From the NCBI RefSeq assembly GCF_009834535.1, contig NC_045697.1, positions 61,878,001-61,942,000 on the forward strand: 64,000 nucleotides of DNA, read 5' to 3'. Position numbers and translations under genes: made by a program. Origin of the DNA: Camelus ferus (lineage: Eukaryota). Position 1 is the first letter of the stretch; each line of letters begins with the position of its first letter. Below are positions 1 through 13,922 of the stretch, piece after piece. The notes beneath the pieces are model-generated. The model was not told the DNA's origin. It was given only the letters and a program-made list of their open reading frames with translations, and searched no databases.

Positions 1-499
1 GCCACTTGAGCAATATAGAATCTGCTTTGTTCCCTGTGATATCTCTTAACTATGTAAACAATATCCCAAGGTTAAAGAAAGAAGGAACAGCTTTGACTTA
101 CCCTTATTCTTACTCAAATTCTTCTATGGCTACAAGAGTAGAAAATCAGAGACACACATTGCTTCTTTCAAACCAACTAAGGACATCTACAATTGAAGAT
201 GTAACTAATGCCATAAATTAATACATGAGAAGTCTAGGCTACAAACCAAGTATTTGTGGTGCACCTTGCAGCCCATGGTAGCAAATCACAGTTTCAACTG
301 ATATTTTTCCATTAAAACTGCATATCTATACATATCCAATCAGGTTTTTAATCAAACTTCCCAGTTAGTTCAGCTTTAAAACCAAACATATTCAATTAGT
401 CATAGAAACAATCCTATTGATTGGATTGACCATTTCTTTTAAGCTTCCATTTACCAAGCATCTGTTCTTCATCAGACATTGACCTATGGGACATGATAC

Positions 500-640
500 G
501 TCCTTCCTTACTGTCTCCCATTTTGCAGATGGGAAAATAGAGGCTGAAAGAGAAATAAAATCGTTCAAGGTAAGTTACAGGGTTGGGAGCAAACCCAGGT
601 CCACCTGACTCCAATTTTTCCTCTGTGGTGCACTGCTTTC
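500..640 (-). mobile_element. MIR SINE fragment
   Basis: Core-like 'cccattttgcagatgggaaaatagaggctga' is the reverse orientation of the MIR core; boundaries approximate. Confidence 0.6.
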
Positions 641-3044
641 CCATCGGTTCTTTCCAATGTTTAGATGAGCTGCATGTGGATTCGGCCAGAGTATTGAAAG
701 ATTATGAAAATGAGCTCTGAAGGGTTTGCCTAAACTTAGAGTAAATAGCACTGTCATGACCTGATAGGATGCATGACCTCCCTCTGTGCCCACCCACTAC
801 TTAGCAATAAGAGGAAGCACTAAGGCACAGGGAGAAATCTTACTTGATGTGTTACTCCCAGCAGTCCACTTTTTCATCCAATTTTAGGGCTTTTGAGCCT
901 CTGCTTTTGGGAAGTGCAGGCTGGGAAGGCAGGATCAAGCCTACTCAGAAATACAAGCTGAGGTATTATCCTAGCAACTCCCTAAAGCAATTGTAAACAT
1001 TGTTTGCCTAAGCCTTAAGTGCTGCTGCCTGGCAGTACACAATGCAAAGTTCAAAGGTTTGCTCATTACCATAATGGGATATAAACCTTTGCTGTTGGCT
1101 GTGGAATAATGAAGATAGTTCTTGTGGATTGTTCCTTCAATCTCTGTTTATTTAGGTTAAAGAAGTTTGTTGTGTAGCTGTTTTTTTTTCTTTCTTTCTT
1201 TTTTAATTTCTCTGGAAAATCTTTCTATGATCAGTTCTAAGATAATACTCAACAAGGTCCTTCATAAAGGGCAGAAGATTATAAATTGAGTTTCATCCCC
1301 CACAAAACATCTTATCCTTTCACTTTTCATGGTCAATAAGTAACTCATTACTTCAGTATTTCTGTACTTGCCAATAATGGGAGACTTGTTAGCCTGACAA
1401 AGGCAGATTTAATTAAAACATACATACACACAACAAATGTGTTCATAATATTGAAAAAATTGGCAGGAAACAAATGAGAGCATATTGAAAAAAACAGAAC
1501 ATCTCTTTTTCTTACAAGATAACTTTAGCTACAACCGTGAAATCAAACACACAAAGCAAAATAAAATAAGGATTTTTCCATCAGCACAGTTTTAGGGTTA
1601 ACTTTCAAACATAAATTAAACTTCCTCTGCTTGACATGTCCCGGCACATTGAGACTCAAAGCTAGACTCAAAACATACAAAGCATTTAATATTTTTAATT
1701 ATTCATGCCACGCACTCATCCCAGAGATGCACATTTCAAAAGTGGCAAGGTTTCTGCTTTGGGAACACTAACCTAAAGAGACATTGGGGAATTTAATCAC
1801 ATTGTTCCTTATGCTTTGGAGTATTGGGGGCCACTCTCAGCTCATAGCCTTTGTATGCTAACAGCAAGGACTTGGTCCAGAAACTGTTTTGAGTCTACAA
1901 TGAAACAAGGAACTTAAGCTTTTATCTAATAGGACTTCTCCAAGGAACTCCCAGATTTGGGGGCCAGAGGTTGGGAGTAGTGGAACAAGAGCAAGGGGAG
2001 AGAGAGTAGATGCAGCCTGTCCTTCAGCCCTGCTCCTCCAAAATTCCTGCAAAATAACTGGGAAGCACTGCAGTGGTGACACCTTCCTGAGTCCCTTCCA
2101 TCCCACCTTCTCAGGTTCACCTGATTCAGTAGAGATACACAGAATCCTCACCTAATGATCAAGGAATTCTCCAAAGTGCAAGATGGTCTGGGAAAAACAG
2201 ACCATCTTTCCTTTGTCTTAGCTTCATCTTTCCTTTTTGCCCCTAGGAAGAGGTCTTAAAGGCTCTGACTTCTGAAAAAAAAAAAAAAAAAAAAAAAGAC
2301 TCTAGTACACAGATGTTCACTCTCTCGCAATCTCGTCTTCCTCTCAAGGAATCCCTCCCTTCATTAAGCCAACTTGGTGATCTTTCTCCTTCCTTTGAGA
2401 GATCCCAAATACCTCTGTGGAAAAAGGAGAAATCTTGTTTCTTATGTGGCTTAAACACTATGGTCCTCTGGCTTTAGCTAGGTGTTTAATAAGGTGCTCA
2501 GTTACAAACTCAGAAAGGAAGGAGAAAGGGAAAAGGTGAGATCTAGTGTCATGTAAAAGCCAAGACTGTTGCTCCAATTATGTTTTTCTTCACCCTGGCA
2601 GAGAAGGCTATAACTGCTTTTCTCACTGTTTACCTAAGACACAAGCACATGACAAGGTAAGCACTAATTTTTCCCTGAGGACAATCAAATCAATTATTTA
2701 TATAGAAAAGACATCCTTCCTATCAACATGACTTGGGATGCTGCCCTTTGTGAAGCAAGAATCCTGCTATTTCAGGGATAGCCATTTTTGGCTCTTTCCT
2801 GAGCCAAGCTTCCCTTACAGGAGTCACCACAGTAACTTGGACAAGCTCTTTCTTTGCAGTCTAGGAGAAGTAGTATCAATTCTAGTAAGATCTTTGCTAT
2901 TTCAGATCCTCCTCAGCAGTACCATAGACTTGAGAGAGGGCATTTCTTCCTGCCACTGACGCAAGACGTCTTACTTGGTGATACAAGTGAAAGACAAAGA
3001 AGAAAGAGACTTGGTCTCCAAGAAATTTACAGACTAGTAGGGCC

Positions 3045-3528
3045 ATACTGGTTATATTGATGTATAATAAATTTCTCCAAAACACTGTGGCATAAAACAA
3101 CAAATATTTATTGTATCACCGTTTCTTTGGAACAGGATCAGGATACAGCTAGCTGGCTGTCTCTGCCTCAAGGTCTTAATGAGGTTGCAGTCAAGCTGTC
3201 AGCTAGGGTTGCAGTCTCATCTGAAAGCTTAACTGAGGGGAATCCACTTCCACACTCATTCACATGGACCTTGATCCCTTACTACATGGACCTCTCTATA
3301 GGGCAGCTTGTTTTCTCAAGAAGAAAGTAAAAAGGAGTGTTTAGGACAGAAGCCAAAATCTTTTAAGCAGCTAGTATCAGAAGTGACATCCCAGAACTTC
3401 TGCCATATTCTGTTCATTAGAAGAGAATCAGTAAGTCCAGCCCATGTATAAGGGGAGGGGATAATACAAAGATATGAATACTAGGAGGAGGGGATAATTG
3501 GGGGCCATCTTAGAGGCTGCCTACCACA
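3045..3528 (-). mobile_element. MaLR solo LTR (MLT1E/F-like)
   Basis: Ends 'ggccatcttagaggctgcctaccaca', the reverse complement of the MLT1 start TGTGGTAGGCAGCCTCTAAGATGGCC; internal 'gaggttgcagtcaagctgtcagctagggttgcagtctcatctgaa'. Confidence 0.85.
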
Positions 3529-3884
3529 AAAACACTAAGACAAGCACAAAGACAACTAGACAATTTACCTTAAGTGAGGTACAGTTTCAAAGAGTGAGAA
3601 AGCACTCTTGTTAGAAAAATCAGAGAAGATTTCAGCCTCCTAAAAGAGAATGTATTTAAGCTGGCTCTTAACAAATGGGCAGGTCTGTAATAAGTGGAGA
3701 TAACTGGAAGGTGTTTTAAGCTAAAATAAAGGCATGAGCAGAGGTAGAGAGGCAAGAAACTGTGGAATGCTCAGGGATGACAGCTTGGTTTGACTAGCAA
3801 GCATGTCTACAGAGACGAGTAATGGACTTAGGTTTGTTCTTTCTGTTTTATAGACATAAGATTAGCTCCTTGTAACCAAAAACC

Positions 3885-4100
3885 AGCATAATGTAGAAGA
3901 TAGACTTTGACTCCATGAAATCTAAGTTCAGATCCCAATCCCTCCATTCAACTTCTTATGTGACCTTCAGCACATTATACAAATTCTCTGAGCTTCCTTG
4001 TCTGAGAAATTATGAGAATATTATCTTACAGGGTGTGTGTGGGAATTAAATGCCTAGGACACATCTAGCATAGCCCTTGACAATGATGGGCATTCAACTG
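3885..4100 (+). mobile_element. MIR SINE
   Basis: 'gttcagatcccaatc...tgtgaccttcagcacattatacaaattctctgagc' is a degenerate MIR body. Confidence 0.6.
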
Positions 4101-5289
4101 TCAGGTCCTTCTTAAAGGAAAGAGTTGTCTTTTATTCTCTGTATCCCTTCTAGTATCTCCCATACAATAAGGCCTCAATAAACATTTAATTAATTAATTG
4201 ATGCAAGCATGCCTTAATGAATAAATGCACCTCTCAGCCAAATGGTGAGTTTCATCATTATAGTGTTATTCCTTGAACATCTATCCCCTGCTGGAATAAC
4301 AATGCAAAGAAGAGTGGGGATTAATTATATACATGATCATCTTCGAATAGTAAACTGTACATAGCAGTATTATTATTTGCTAAGATCAGCTAATACTAAA
4401 AAATGGCAAGTAGTACTTAACTAGGTTCCTAGGGCAACTCTATTTTCTTTACATATCAATACCCTCACTACAGACTTCAGGTAGATTATAAAAATAAAAA
4501 TAATACTTCAAGACTACTCAAAAGATAAATAAATCGAGACTAAGCATAAATGAGTGTCAATAAAGGCAAGGAGAAAGAGTGCACAGAACCATAGGTCTTC
4601 CAATCCTGTGTTACTAGGATCACATTCCATGACATTAAAATGTCTTGTATTGTACATCTTCTTTCTCTTTCATCTTCTTTTCTCTTCTTCCATTTTCTGA
4701 CTGTTCCTCCTCTTTTTCTCACCTACCATTAATTTCTTCTTTCTCAAAGCCCCCTTCCTTCCACATAAAAATCTATTGCTTCTATTCTGCTTCCTCTCAG
4801 CCTAATCATATCCTTACCATCAGCAAGAGAAACAAAAACCCATAATCTTCTCAGATCAATGAAAAGCAGTAAGGATACTGGCTAACCTGGATTGAAAGTG
4901 TACTGCTTGGCCAGACTGAGTCAGACCTGCTATGCTTACTGTCTCCCAATAAGAGCACTAAAAATGCCAGAGCCAGTATGTCTGGGATACTCCCCTAAAA
5001 TATCTTCCAGTCTCCTGACTCCTGGGACCACTTTGGATGAGGAAATATGTGAGACTGTCTTACCCCCAGAAAATGTCCACTTTCTCAAAGTAGACAGGAA
5101 CCCTGTAAAAATAATCAAAGACATTGAGAGTTTGAAGTAGGAGACACCACTATCCATTAATATCAAGGTTTTAAAAATCATCTGGAGTCCCAAGAAGGAG
5201 AAAGAGTCAGATCATCAGTCATTAGCACTTTGCACTGGCACTACTGCCTGAAGAGTACTACTGCGAGCGCACTTGGTTATAAACAGAAG

Positions 5290-5715
5290 AGAAGTGGCAG
5301 GAATTCCAGCTGCTCACCAAAATGCTTTGTCTCATCTACCTGAGCACCACTGGACTACAGTTCCCAGCTTCCGCTGCAAACGTTATCTTTAAGTGACTGA
5401 GCTCAACTGAATGTGAGAGGAGATGATATGTACCATTTTCAGGTCCAATCCTTAAGAGACTCCTTCATGCAATGAAACTCTTCCCTTCCTGATTGACTAT
5501 GATGTCAACCCCTAAGGGTGACATTCGAAGCCTTCCACGGAATATGGCAGAGACACAGAAGCCGTGGTCCTCCAAAGACTACCACTGACTAGGGACTTCC
5601 TCAAATTCTTATTTGAGCAAGAGATAAATGTCTTCTGCATGTGACATTTATTTGACCCAATATGCCTTTTAAAGATCCATTTGTTACAGCAACTGGTGCT
5701 ATCCTAACACAGGAT
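5290..5715 (+). mobile_element. MaLR solo LTR (MLT1I/J-like), old
   Basis: 'ggactacagttcccagcttcc', 'gagcaagagataaatgtc' and 'tttgttacagca...cctaacac' are typical of old MLT1 LTRs. Confidence 0.65.
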
Positions 5716-5878
5716 AGTTGTCTGGTGAGGGACCTGGAAATTTTTATGGAATTTTGATCACAGCAATTGACAAGCTTTAGCCAAAACAGTGGCTAAATGG
5801 TTTAGGGGCCACTTACTCTCTTTGGAAAAACTCGGACCAATGCAAAAGTCTCTATTCCCTAAAAAATTCACATGAACC

Positions 5879-5879
5879 T

Positions 5880-5923
<44 letters not shown>

Positions 5924-5962
5924 AGCTCTCTCTCACTCTCACACACACACAGACACACACAC
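5879..5962. repeat. Compound (CT)n(CA)n microsatellite
   Basis: Directly visible. Confidence 0.95.
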
Positions 5963-7564
5963 AAAATTGGATAAAATCCAGGAAGTTTTTTCATGGATGG
6001 TAGGACCCTTGGTTAAAAGTGTCTGAAATATCTGTATCAATCACTCACTATATGTGGCTGATGAATTTCTATGTGAACTAGGTCAGCAGTACCAGCCCTT
6101 TGGAGCTCATAGTCTACTGGATCTAGACAGTGAGATATCTTTGTCTACATTCTGTCCAAGGCACTTAATCTATTTAAGAACTGCAAGGAATTTAACCACA
6201 AGTCCCCATCAAGACCTATTGCCCTCCAAAATCACCATAGGGATCCCTCTTCTCCCACAGATCTCCTCTTTCCACCTTCAACACTGGCACACCCATCCCA
6301 CTGTGACCACTACCTACCCTTCCTCCACATTCATCCCAGATCTCTTTCCTGAATTACTGCCCCAGGACCCTGGGTGGAAAACACTGAGGCTGATCTCCTG
6401 TTGCCCTCTGGTAGTCATATCTGGCATGGGCCTGAAGAGCACACCATCCTGGAAGCCTTACAGCCTCCATACTTGCATAACATTAACCCTTCAGGGCCCT
6501 GTACTGCCCCCGAAAGAAGACTAGAGGGGAATACGAGCAACGTTGCAGAGTATGGACAGACCAGAAAACACTATGACGTGTTCCTGCTCTGCACAGTTCT
6601 GCATCCTTTCCTCGTACTCTTTCCTACCTATATTCCTCCCTCTTACTCCTTCTTTGTCTTTAATTATTTCAGTTTTCACACACTTCTGTCTATGTCTTGG
6701 GCCTACCCCTGAGGTTTCTGTCGGCATTGTTTGAAGACATAAATTCAGCTTTACCTGTAGGTAGAGTGAACCATTGCTTAAGGTGTGTGATTTCAGGGGT
6801 TCTGGAAACAAGACACCCCGGTTCTATATTGCTCGACCCCCCAAAATTTCTCCCAAACTGTCTGATGACTGATATTGCTTTAATTTATTCAGTAAAAATA
6901 CACTGATTACCTACTATGTGTCAGGCACAATTCTAGGTACTGAGGGTATAGCAATAAACAAAATGTATAAATATGGGACAAATATTTTTATTCCACAATT
7001 AGGGCCCCCTTTAGATGCAAATATTACTGAGAAGAAACATATAGATGTACATAAACCCTGATCTATTCATGCATGTCACCAAATTTCTCTGTGAAAGTCG
7101 TACAGCAGTAGGCAGAGAGGGGAGAACTATTCAAGGAGCAATGGCCCCTTCCTGATTCTCCTATGATCAAACCACAAAAGCTAGCATAACAACACAATTC
7201 TGTAGAAAGAACAGAGACTTTAAGGCTGTACAGACATGGATTTAAATCTTGGCTCCATTTCTTGCAAAGTATATGTTCTTTAGCCAGATAATTAACCTCT
7301 CTGAATCTCTGTGCTTTTATCTACAGAAATAGAGAAACTGACCTCAGTTTATCATGATTGTGGTGCAAGATCATGTGTAACCCCCAGAGCAAGCTCTGGC
7401 AAAGAATGGACCTCATAAACACGAGCTTCCCTGCCATTCCCAAAATAGCTTGTTTATAGTCAGAGACCAGTGAGCTAGGGTGACTCTAATGACAATGGCA
7501 CATAATGACTGAAATTGCTTTAATAAGGGATCAAGATTTTGATTTCACAATTAGAGCTGTTTCA

Positions 7565-7738
7565 GGGGGAGGGATATAGCTCAGTAGTAGTGTGTGCTTA
7601 GCATGCACAAGGTCCTGGGTTCAATCCCCAGTACCTCCAGGAAAAAAGAGAGAGAAAAATAGTAATAAAAAAATTCAAAATTGCAACTCCCCCACACATC
7701 CTACACAAATAAATAAATAAAGGAAAGAAGAAAAAAAC
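7565..7738 (+). mobile_element. tRNA-derived SINE, camelid vic-1-like, with TSD
   Basis: Head GGGGGAGGGATATAGCTCAGTAGTAG...GGTCCTGGGTTCAATCCCCAGTACCTCCA carries A and B boxes, followed by an A-rich tail. TSD caattagag[c/t]tgtttc at 7548-7563 and 7739-7754. Confidence 0.9.
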
Positions 7739-9111
7739 CAATTAGAGTTGTTTCCATAATTAGCACAATTCTACCCCTAGTCTGCAGCCTGACAGAACCT
7801 ACTCCTTTTTCGGTCACAGCCTGCCCTGGCAACTCATGGTACCAAACGCAGGAGCTGAGGCTCTCTGGAAGCTCTGGAACCCATTCAAGGTATTGGTCTT
7901 TTCGTGAAAGGGTTGGAACAAAAGCCTGCCACGTGGAGAGTGTGAGGAGGAAGGGTTATCAGACCTCAGGGAATGCAGGGAGGGGAAGAAGAAAAACACC
8001 TACCTAGTGTCATTTCTCCCCTTTAATGTCATTTCGTGTCATTTTATTTATTGCCTGTAGGGAATCAATTAAAACAGTGCTAATTTATGGGTCTTAATGA
8101 ACAAGGTATTATGCAAACTTTGTAAGCGTGGCAGGCTTATTGAATGGAGAACACTGAAAAGCACAATTGCCTGACATGACATTCTCTTACAGTCCTCCCT
8201 TTCAGATTCCAAAATGGTACAGAAACGAAACGAACATAAACACGTGTGTGGGCATATGTGTGTGTGTGTGCAGGATGCATACTGCATATAGTCAACTCCT
8301 CCTGACCCCACTTCTAAGAACCACAGGGCAGAGTATTTACCCCAAAATATGAGATTATCTTTGTAATCCATCATGGTGCTTTGTGCTTTGCTCTACATAA
8401 TCACTTCTTGGACTAACAGACAAACCTATTTCTTAATCATTAATTCACATAATAACATTTTGAAGACTATCTGAAGTCCCTAATGCTACACAGACACCAT
8501 TCCAGGCATCAGAAATGTTAAGGTGAATAAAATACAGTTACTTGCTTTAGAATTCACAGGCTAGCTGAGGAGACAGATTCCTAGACAAACAACTACAGTG
8601 TCTTATTGCACCACAGAGGACAGACACTTATTCTGGGACATCAGGAGTATAAGTCAGGAGCCGCTTCACTGGATCACTGGGAGAAAAAAGTCCCCTCCCT
8701 CCTCTTCTGTGCTGATCAGCTTGTGGTTTCTGATTTCCTGGAGCCTGAGCCCAGTTTGTGGGTCCAGGGCCATGTGCCTCTACGAGCTACAAGTGCTCCT
8801 TTTCTAAATCCCATTTCCTGCCTGAACAGAGACTCCTGGCAGGATTTGAACACAAGCCCATTTTGTCATAGACTCCTCTAGCCTGAAGTAAGAATGCCCC
8901 ACTGATGTGCTTGATGCCAGTAGGCCTGGTCACAGCTGAGTCCCACACTTCTAGGATCCAAGAATACCTGCCTATTTCCCAAACAGCTGGCTGTGAGGCA
9001 CTTGGTCGAATTTGAAGTTGAACATTATCGCCTGCCCACACAGAAGAAAAGAAACAAGCCCTACTGAGCAGAATATTCTGTGCCACCGGATAGAGTAATT
9101 TTTTTTATTTC

Positions 9112-9335
9112 TAGAGGCAGAGTGATGTGTGGTTAGGACCCTAGACTCTGCAGCCGGGCTGCTGGGTTCAAATCCTAGATCAGCTACTTGCCTATTATGT
9201 GCCCCTGGAAAAATTACTTGGCTACTCTGTGCCTCAGTTAACTCATCTATGAAATGGGGATAGTAATAGTCACTCCCTTCCAGGATTGCTGTGAATGGTG
9301 GAACATGAGGTCATAGGAGCAGTGTCAGGACCAGA
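9112..9335 (+). mobile_element. MIR SINE, near full length
   Basis: 'ctgggttcaaatcctagatc...ctctgtgcctcagttaactcatctatgaaatggggatagtaatagt'. Confidence 0.85.
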
Positions 9336-10459
9336 GTCAGCACCACACATGTATTTCCCATCACAGCTCCAGCTGGCCCAGCCTGTTCTTCCTTGGGGCA
9401 TTTTTCCCTCTGGTGGCTCCTCCTTCTCTTCCCTCTTCCTCACATCTACCTTCAGGTTCAAATCCAGCAGTATTATCTTTTCTTTCTTCTCTTCCTTCTT
9501 GGTGGCATATGCTAGGACGAGGTGCACATGCCTCCAAATGTAAAGATTCCAAACCACGGGGACAGATTCCTCCTTCAAGATCGACCTAATGAAACTTGGG
9601 TGCAGCAGAAATGTCCCGTGGAGATAATACACTTTCCAGGTGCTGTCAATAAATGAGCAGCAGATAATGCTTTTGAAATTAAAGCTTCAACTGCCCACTC
9701 CATATGTGAGCCACAAGTCACTCTCCTTGCTCTGTTAGGAGTTTACAGCAAGGAGTAGTTTGCTATGTTCCAGGATAGCTTCCTTGATAGAGGTGGTAGT
9801 TCCTCCAGTCCAAGACTTGCAGTCAGTCCTACTTACTAAGATTCTGGGTCACACCCCATTTATCAGAACCCTGAAGAGGGACAGAGGGACTTTGCATCTA
9901 CCTCCTTGAGTGCAACCCTAGGGCAAAGATACAGGCTTTCTGGCACTGATGACTTATCTGCCCCTCTCCAGACCTCGAGGTACTAGACAGCAAGACTGTG
10001 TCTTATGAACTCCATATCCCCAAAACTGAGCTTTGTGCTGGCATGTAGTAGACACAGGCAGCCTTTGTTTACTTAATTAACTTAAAGGTAAGGACTTTGC
10101 TCTTTGAAGCACTTAGCAGCCCCTAGGAATAGCTGAGGCTGGGCAGTTTTGTTTCCAATGAGAAATCAATGGCATGACATGCACTGTGGTCCATGGCACA
10201 CGCTGAGACTGTCCTGGCAGGTGGAGAAGATCCTGCTGGAAGAGGCAGCTGATAACGCTGCTGCTTACTGCTGTCTGTAGCAGTCTACAGCACTTTGCCT
10301 CCCAAGACAGACCATCTTGGAGAAACTGAGGCAGCACAACATTCTCATACTTTCTTAAAGGTAAGCTTTCCTCTCTTCTCAGAGAACGTGAGCTCATTGC
10401 TGTCTCCCAAACTAACAGAGCATGGTGTTGAGGGGCAGGGAGGGGAGCCACACTGCTTG

Positions 10460-10675
10460 GATTGGAAGCTCAGCCCGGATCTGCCCATCAATGGGTATAT
10501 TCCCATGAGCAAGGTATGTAACCTCTCTCGTGTCACCAATTCCTGATCTGAAAACAAGGTTTGTAATAGTACCTCCCTCAAAGGAGTGCTGAGAGATGAG
10601 GAGTAAATGAGATAACATTTGAACAGCATGTAGGGCACTCTTGGCACTTGGGATGTGTTAGGTGAGTGTTCAATA
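10460..10675 (+). mobile_element. MIR SINE
   Basis: 'gagcaaggtatgtaacctctc...taatagtacctccctcaaagg...aaatgagataac'. Confidence 0.7.
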
Positions 10676-12911
10676 ACAGTATTATTCGGTGTAATGTCAG
10701 ATAGGAAGAAAAATCAGCTGTGAATATCACTGCCCCTGGTAAAGAAAGTACCTCGTACCTCTGGACATTGTGAGATCTGGCCAGGAGCAGTGGTGATTGT
10801 AATTCAAAGCAAGTTTTAGTGTCTCAGAGACCTAGGCAGAATGGAACCACTTGTCAGCTTGTGCCTTGAGGGAAAGCAAGCACTGTAATAGGCCATAAAA
10901 CTGCTCTTCCTAAGCTGTCTCAGGCCACTACATGCCTCCCTGGCACCTGCCGCTGCTGGGCATTTGGCAGCACCAGCACCTCTCAGCTGCTGCATCTGTG
11001 CCAAGAACAGCTCAAGGGACTGATAAAGAGACCTACATGGCAGGGGCACACAAGCAGGGAGGAAAGGAGGGCAAGGGATGGGGAAGTGGTGGGCTGGGAG
11101 CAAAACTGCGGAGATGGAAGGAGGGAAAGCCAATCCGTTCAAGAGAGTATCAATCTTGTTTTACTATCCCTCTGACCCCGGGAAGAGAAATGACAGTGGA
11201 AAGCTTGTTAATAGCAACAGGACACAAAGCCAATCCTTTCTTTTCTCTACTTTCCACAAGGCCCAAGTGACATGGAAACCTGATTTTTGTTCTCTGTGCT
11301 CCCTGATATTTGACCTACAGGTCTCTGCATTTTCTTTCCTACCTTTTAAAGCATAATAACTGCCTTCTTGCAGCATGTGTTGGAGACAAAGAACACAAGA
11401 ATATGTCATTTCCTATAAAGGCCAGAAAGGGTGTTGTGACCAGCAAAGTGCTAAAATGACATTTGCACTTAGGTGACAAACAAGCCCATTCCATCCCAGG
11501 TAAAGGCCAGGACTTTTTCCAGGACAGTAAAACATGGGAAAGGAAAGGCTGCCCTCTACAGGGCACTCTGGACATAACAACTGGTGCTTCGGAAGGCAGC
11601 AACGCTCGCCCAGGTTGGTGAAGGGTAAGAGTTGGAAAGTCACATTTGCTTTCAGGTGGACGCCACCTGAGAGCTTGTCCTTGACTAGTACTCTCCCAGG
11701 CACCAGAACACTAGGAAAGGAGCAACCAACCAGGAGAGAATGTGCTCGTTTATGCTGGTCCACTCAGCTGCCTTCTCACATAAACAGGCTTAAAAAAAAA
11801 AATGATTTCAAGCAAATTGAACTTGAGGGACAAGCTTTTTAACATTAAAAGAATTTTTTAAATAAATGCATTAGGCTGATACACAAACTGTGGCTCCTTC
11901 CAATGCATTATAGGGCCAGAGAGACAAGCAGCTGTTCTTCATACTGCTGAAGAGGAAAAATATGAAAGAGACAGTGAAGAGGCATGACACACTCCTAACT
12001 CCATCACAAGATTACTGCCTGCAATCGGGCAGGGCACCTTCCCACTCTTGGACTCAGTTTCCTCATCCGTAAAATGAGGTGCCTGGGCTAAAGGATGCCT
12101 GAGATTCCTTCCAGCTGAGACATGTTATGATCCATGACCTTTATTTTGTACTCTCAGCCAGCAGTGTAAGTGCTCCAAAAGAAATAAATGGAGAAAGGAA
12201 AAAATAAAATACAGTAAGAATGACACGCCAGCCCATCCATTTTCTACAGCCCATGGGTTTACCCCACCTGAGGGTCCTTGGAGTTAGAGCAAAAAATCTG
12301 CAATCTTGCCTCATGCATCTCCACACCACTACTTTTAATTACTGGTATTATTGTTTTTAATCCTTTACCACTATACTGAGGTCATGATACCATTTTGTAT
12401 TTTCTTAATTAACAGATACCAGAAATGTGATAGTTAGCAGGTGAAGACTGAAGGAAGATTTTAATTTAAAAACAAAAAAACAAACAAAAAAACCTCAACT
12501 AAAAAAAAATTGGAATCTCTGTTCTACAGTTCAAAGCCTAATCCCAAATAAGGGGATCCATACCAATAAAGGTCTCAGATGAAAGCATTTCTCACTCTCA
12601 TACACACGCACGCACACACACGCATCAACTCTATCTGAAATTCAGTACAAAAGGCAGTTAGCAATGAAACACAGAGCAAAGAACCTTTACAATGGGCTGC
12701 AGAGACAAGCCAGCTGAATCTCTGGGACATTTCTAATTGCTGAGGAGGAAAATCTACAATCAGGCTAAGCCTCTATCAGTGGCTAAGCTCCTGAGATACT
12801 GACGTGTGATTAGAAGCTGTTGTTACAGAGTCTGTGTCCCTGCCTGAACACCAAGTAATGCCCTCTCCTCTCTCACACACTCCTCTAACGTGTGTGAAGT
12901 ATATATTACAA

Positions 12912-13020
12912 TTTTTTTCCTTTCTTTTTTTAATTGAAGTACCATCAGTTACAATGTGTCAATTTCTGGTGTACAGCACAATGTCCCAGTTATGCATATA
13001 CATACATATATTTATTTTCA
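12912..13020 (-). mobile_element. Short 3'-terminal fragment of a camelid-type L1
   Basis: T-tract then 'ttaattgaagtaccatcagttacaatgtgtcaatttctggtgtacagcacaat'; clearly related to the L1 3' end near 29800. Confidence 0.75.
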
Positions 13021-13721
13021 GTCAGCTCCAAAGCTCTTTGCTAGGCTTTTGCTCTGAGAGTGGTTGGGGAAAGAATCATAGCTCTTGACTAGTTCTTGCT
13101 TTAAAAAAGGGTTGGGGCAGAGCCCTCATTCTGAGCAACTAAAACAGGGAGCCAAAAAATTGTTAGGAGTGAGTTCTGCCAGTTGTGTAAAACCACTTCT
13201 CTCCTGCAAATAGGATGGTTCACCAAGAAGTATGCTCCTAGGCCCAGCTCTGCCCCCAGCTCTGCTTCAGTCTTTTTTTGCTTCCCTGCTCACCCTTGTC
13301 GCAGGAGGGACAGGTGGGGGCATTCCCTGAACAACCCCACCACTCCATCCTAGGAGGTGCTTCAAAAAGAACTCAGAGTTGCAGCCTGAAATCCCCTGCA
13401 ACTGTTGGTCATATGTCTTTGCCAATTCTTCCCTTCATCCTTCCCATAAAGACATGAAGAGATCTTGTCAGTGAGAGAAAATAAAGTATACTAATCTGAA
13501 AGGTTGGGTTTTAGTACCCCTGTTCTGGTCACATCAGTTCTGGGTCTAATCAAATAACTGGGGTGCATTAGAAGAGTCCTACCTTCTCACAGAGTCCCCT
13601 TCTCACTCAGCCCCCAAACTGAAGCTCAACACAAAATCTTGGTTATACTAAAAAAATTCACAATATAAGAAAACATTCTTTACTCACTGTGCCAGAAAGC
13701 TATTAGAGCTCTTTCTGTTGG

Positions 13722-13757
13722 GATAGATAGATCGATCGATCGATCGATCGATCGATC
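13722..13757. repeat. (GATA)2(GATC)7 microsatellite
   Basis: Directly visible; GATC x7 at 13730-13757. Confidence 0.95.
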
Positions 13758-13922
13758 AAAAGGGAAGGGGGAGAGAAAGAGAGAAAATGGGGGAGGGAAA
13801 GAGAGAGAAAGGGAGAAAAAAGCTGGTGAGTGAAAAGAAAAGGTGATGAGTTATGCAGTCCAGGAAAGTTCATGTGTGGAGGCACTGGAACATTGTAGAT
13901 TGAGGAGAGCAGACCAGCAAGG

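Noticed and set aside
6054..6906. Cluster of overlapping ORFs
   Set aside because: No recognisable protein similarity or exon structure; possibly an old LTR relic I cannot classify.
7565..7639. tRNA-Ala-like gene
   Set aside because: Followed by an A-rich tail and flanked by a TSD, so it is a SINE head rather than a tRNA gene.
9270..9632. 120-aa K/E-rich ORF (minus strand)
   Set aside because: Arises from a purine-rich low-complexity tract and runs into a MIR.
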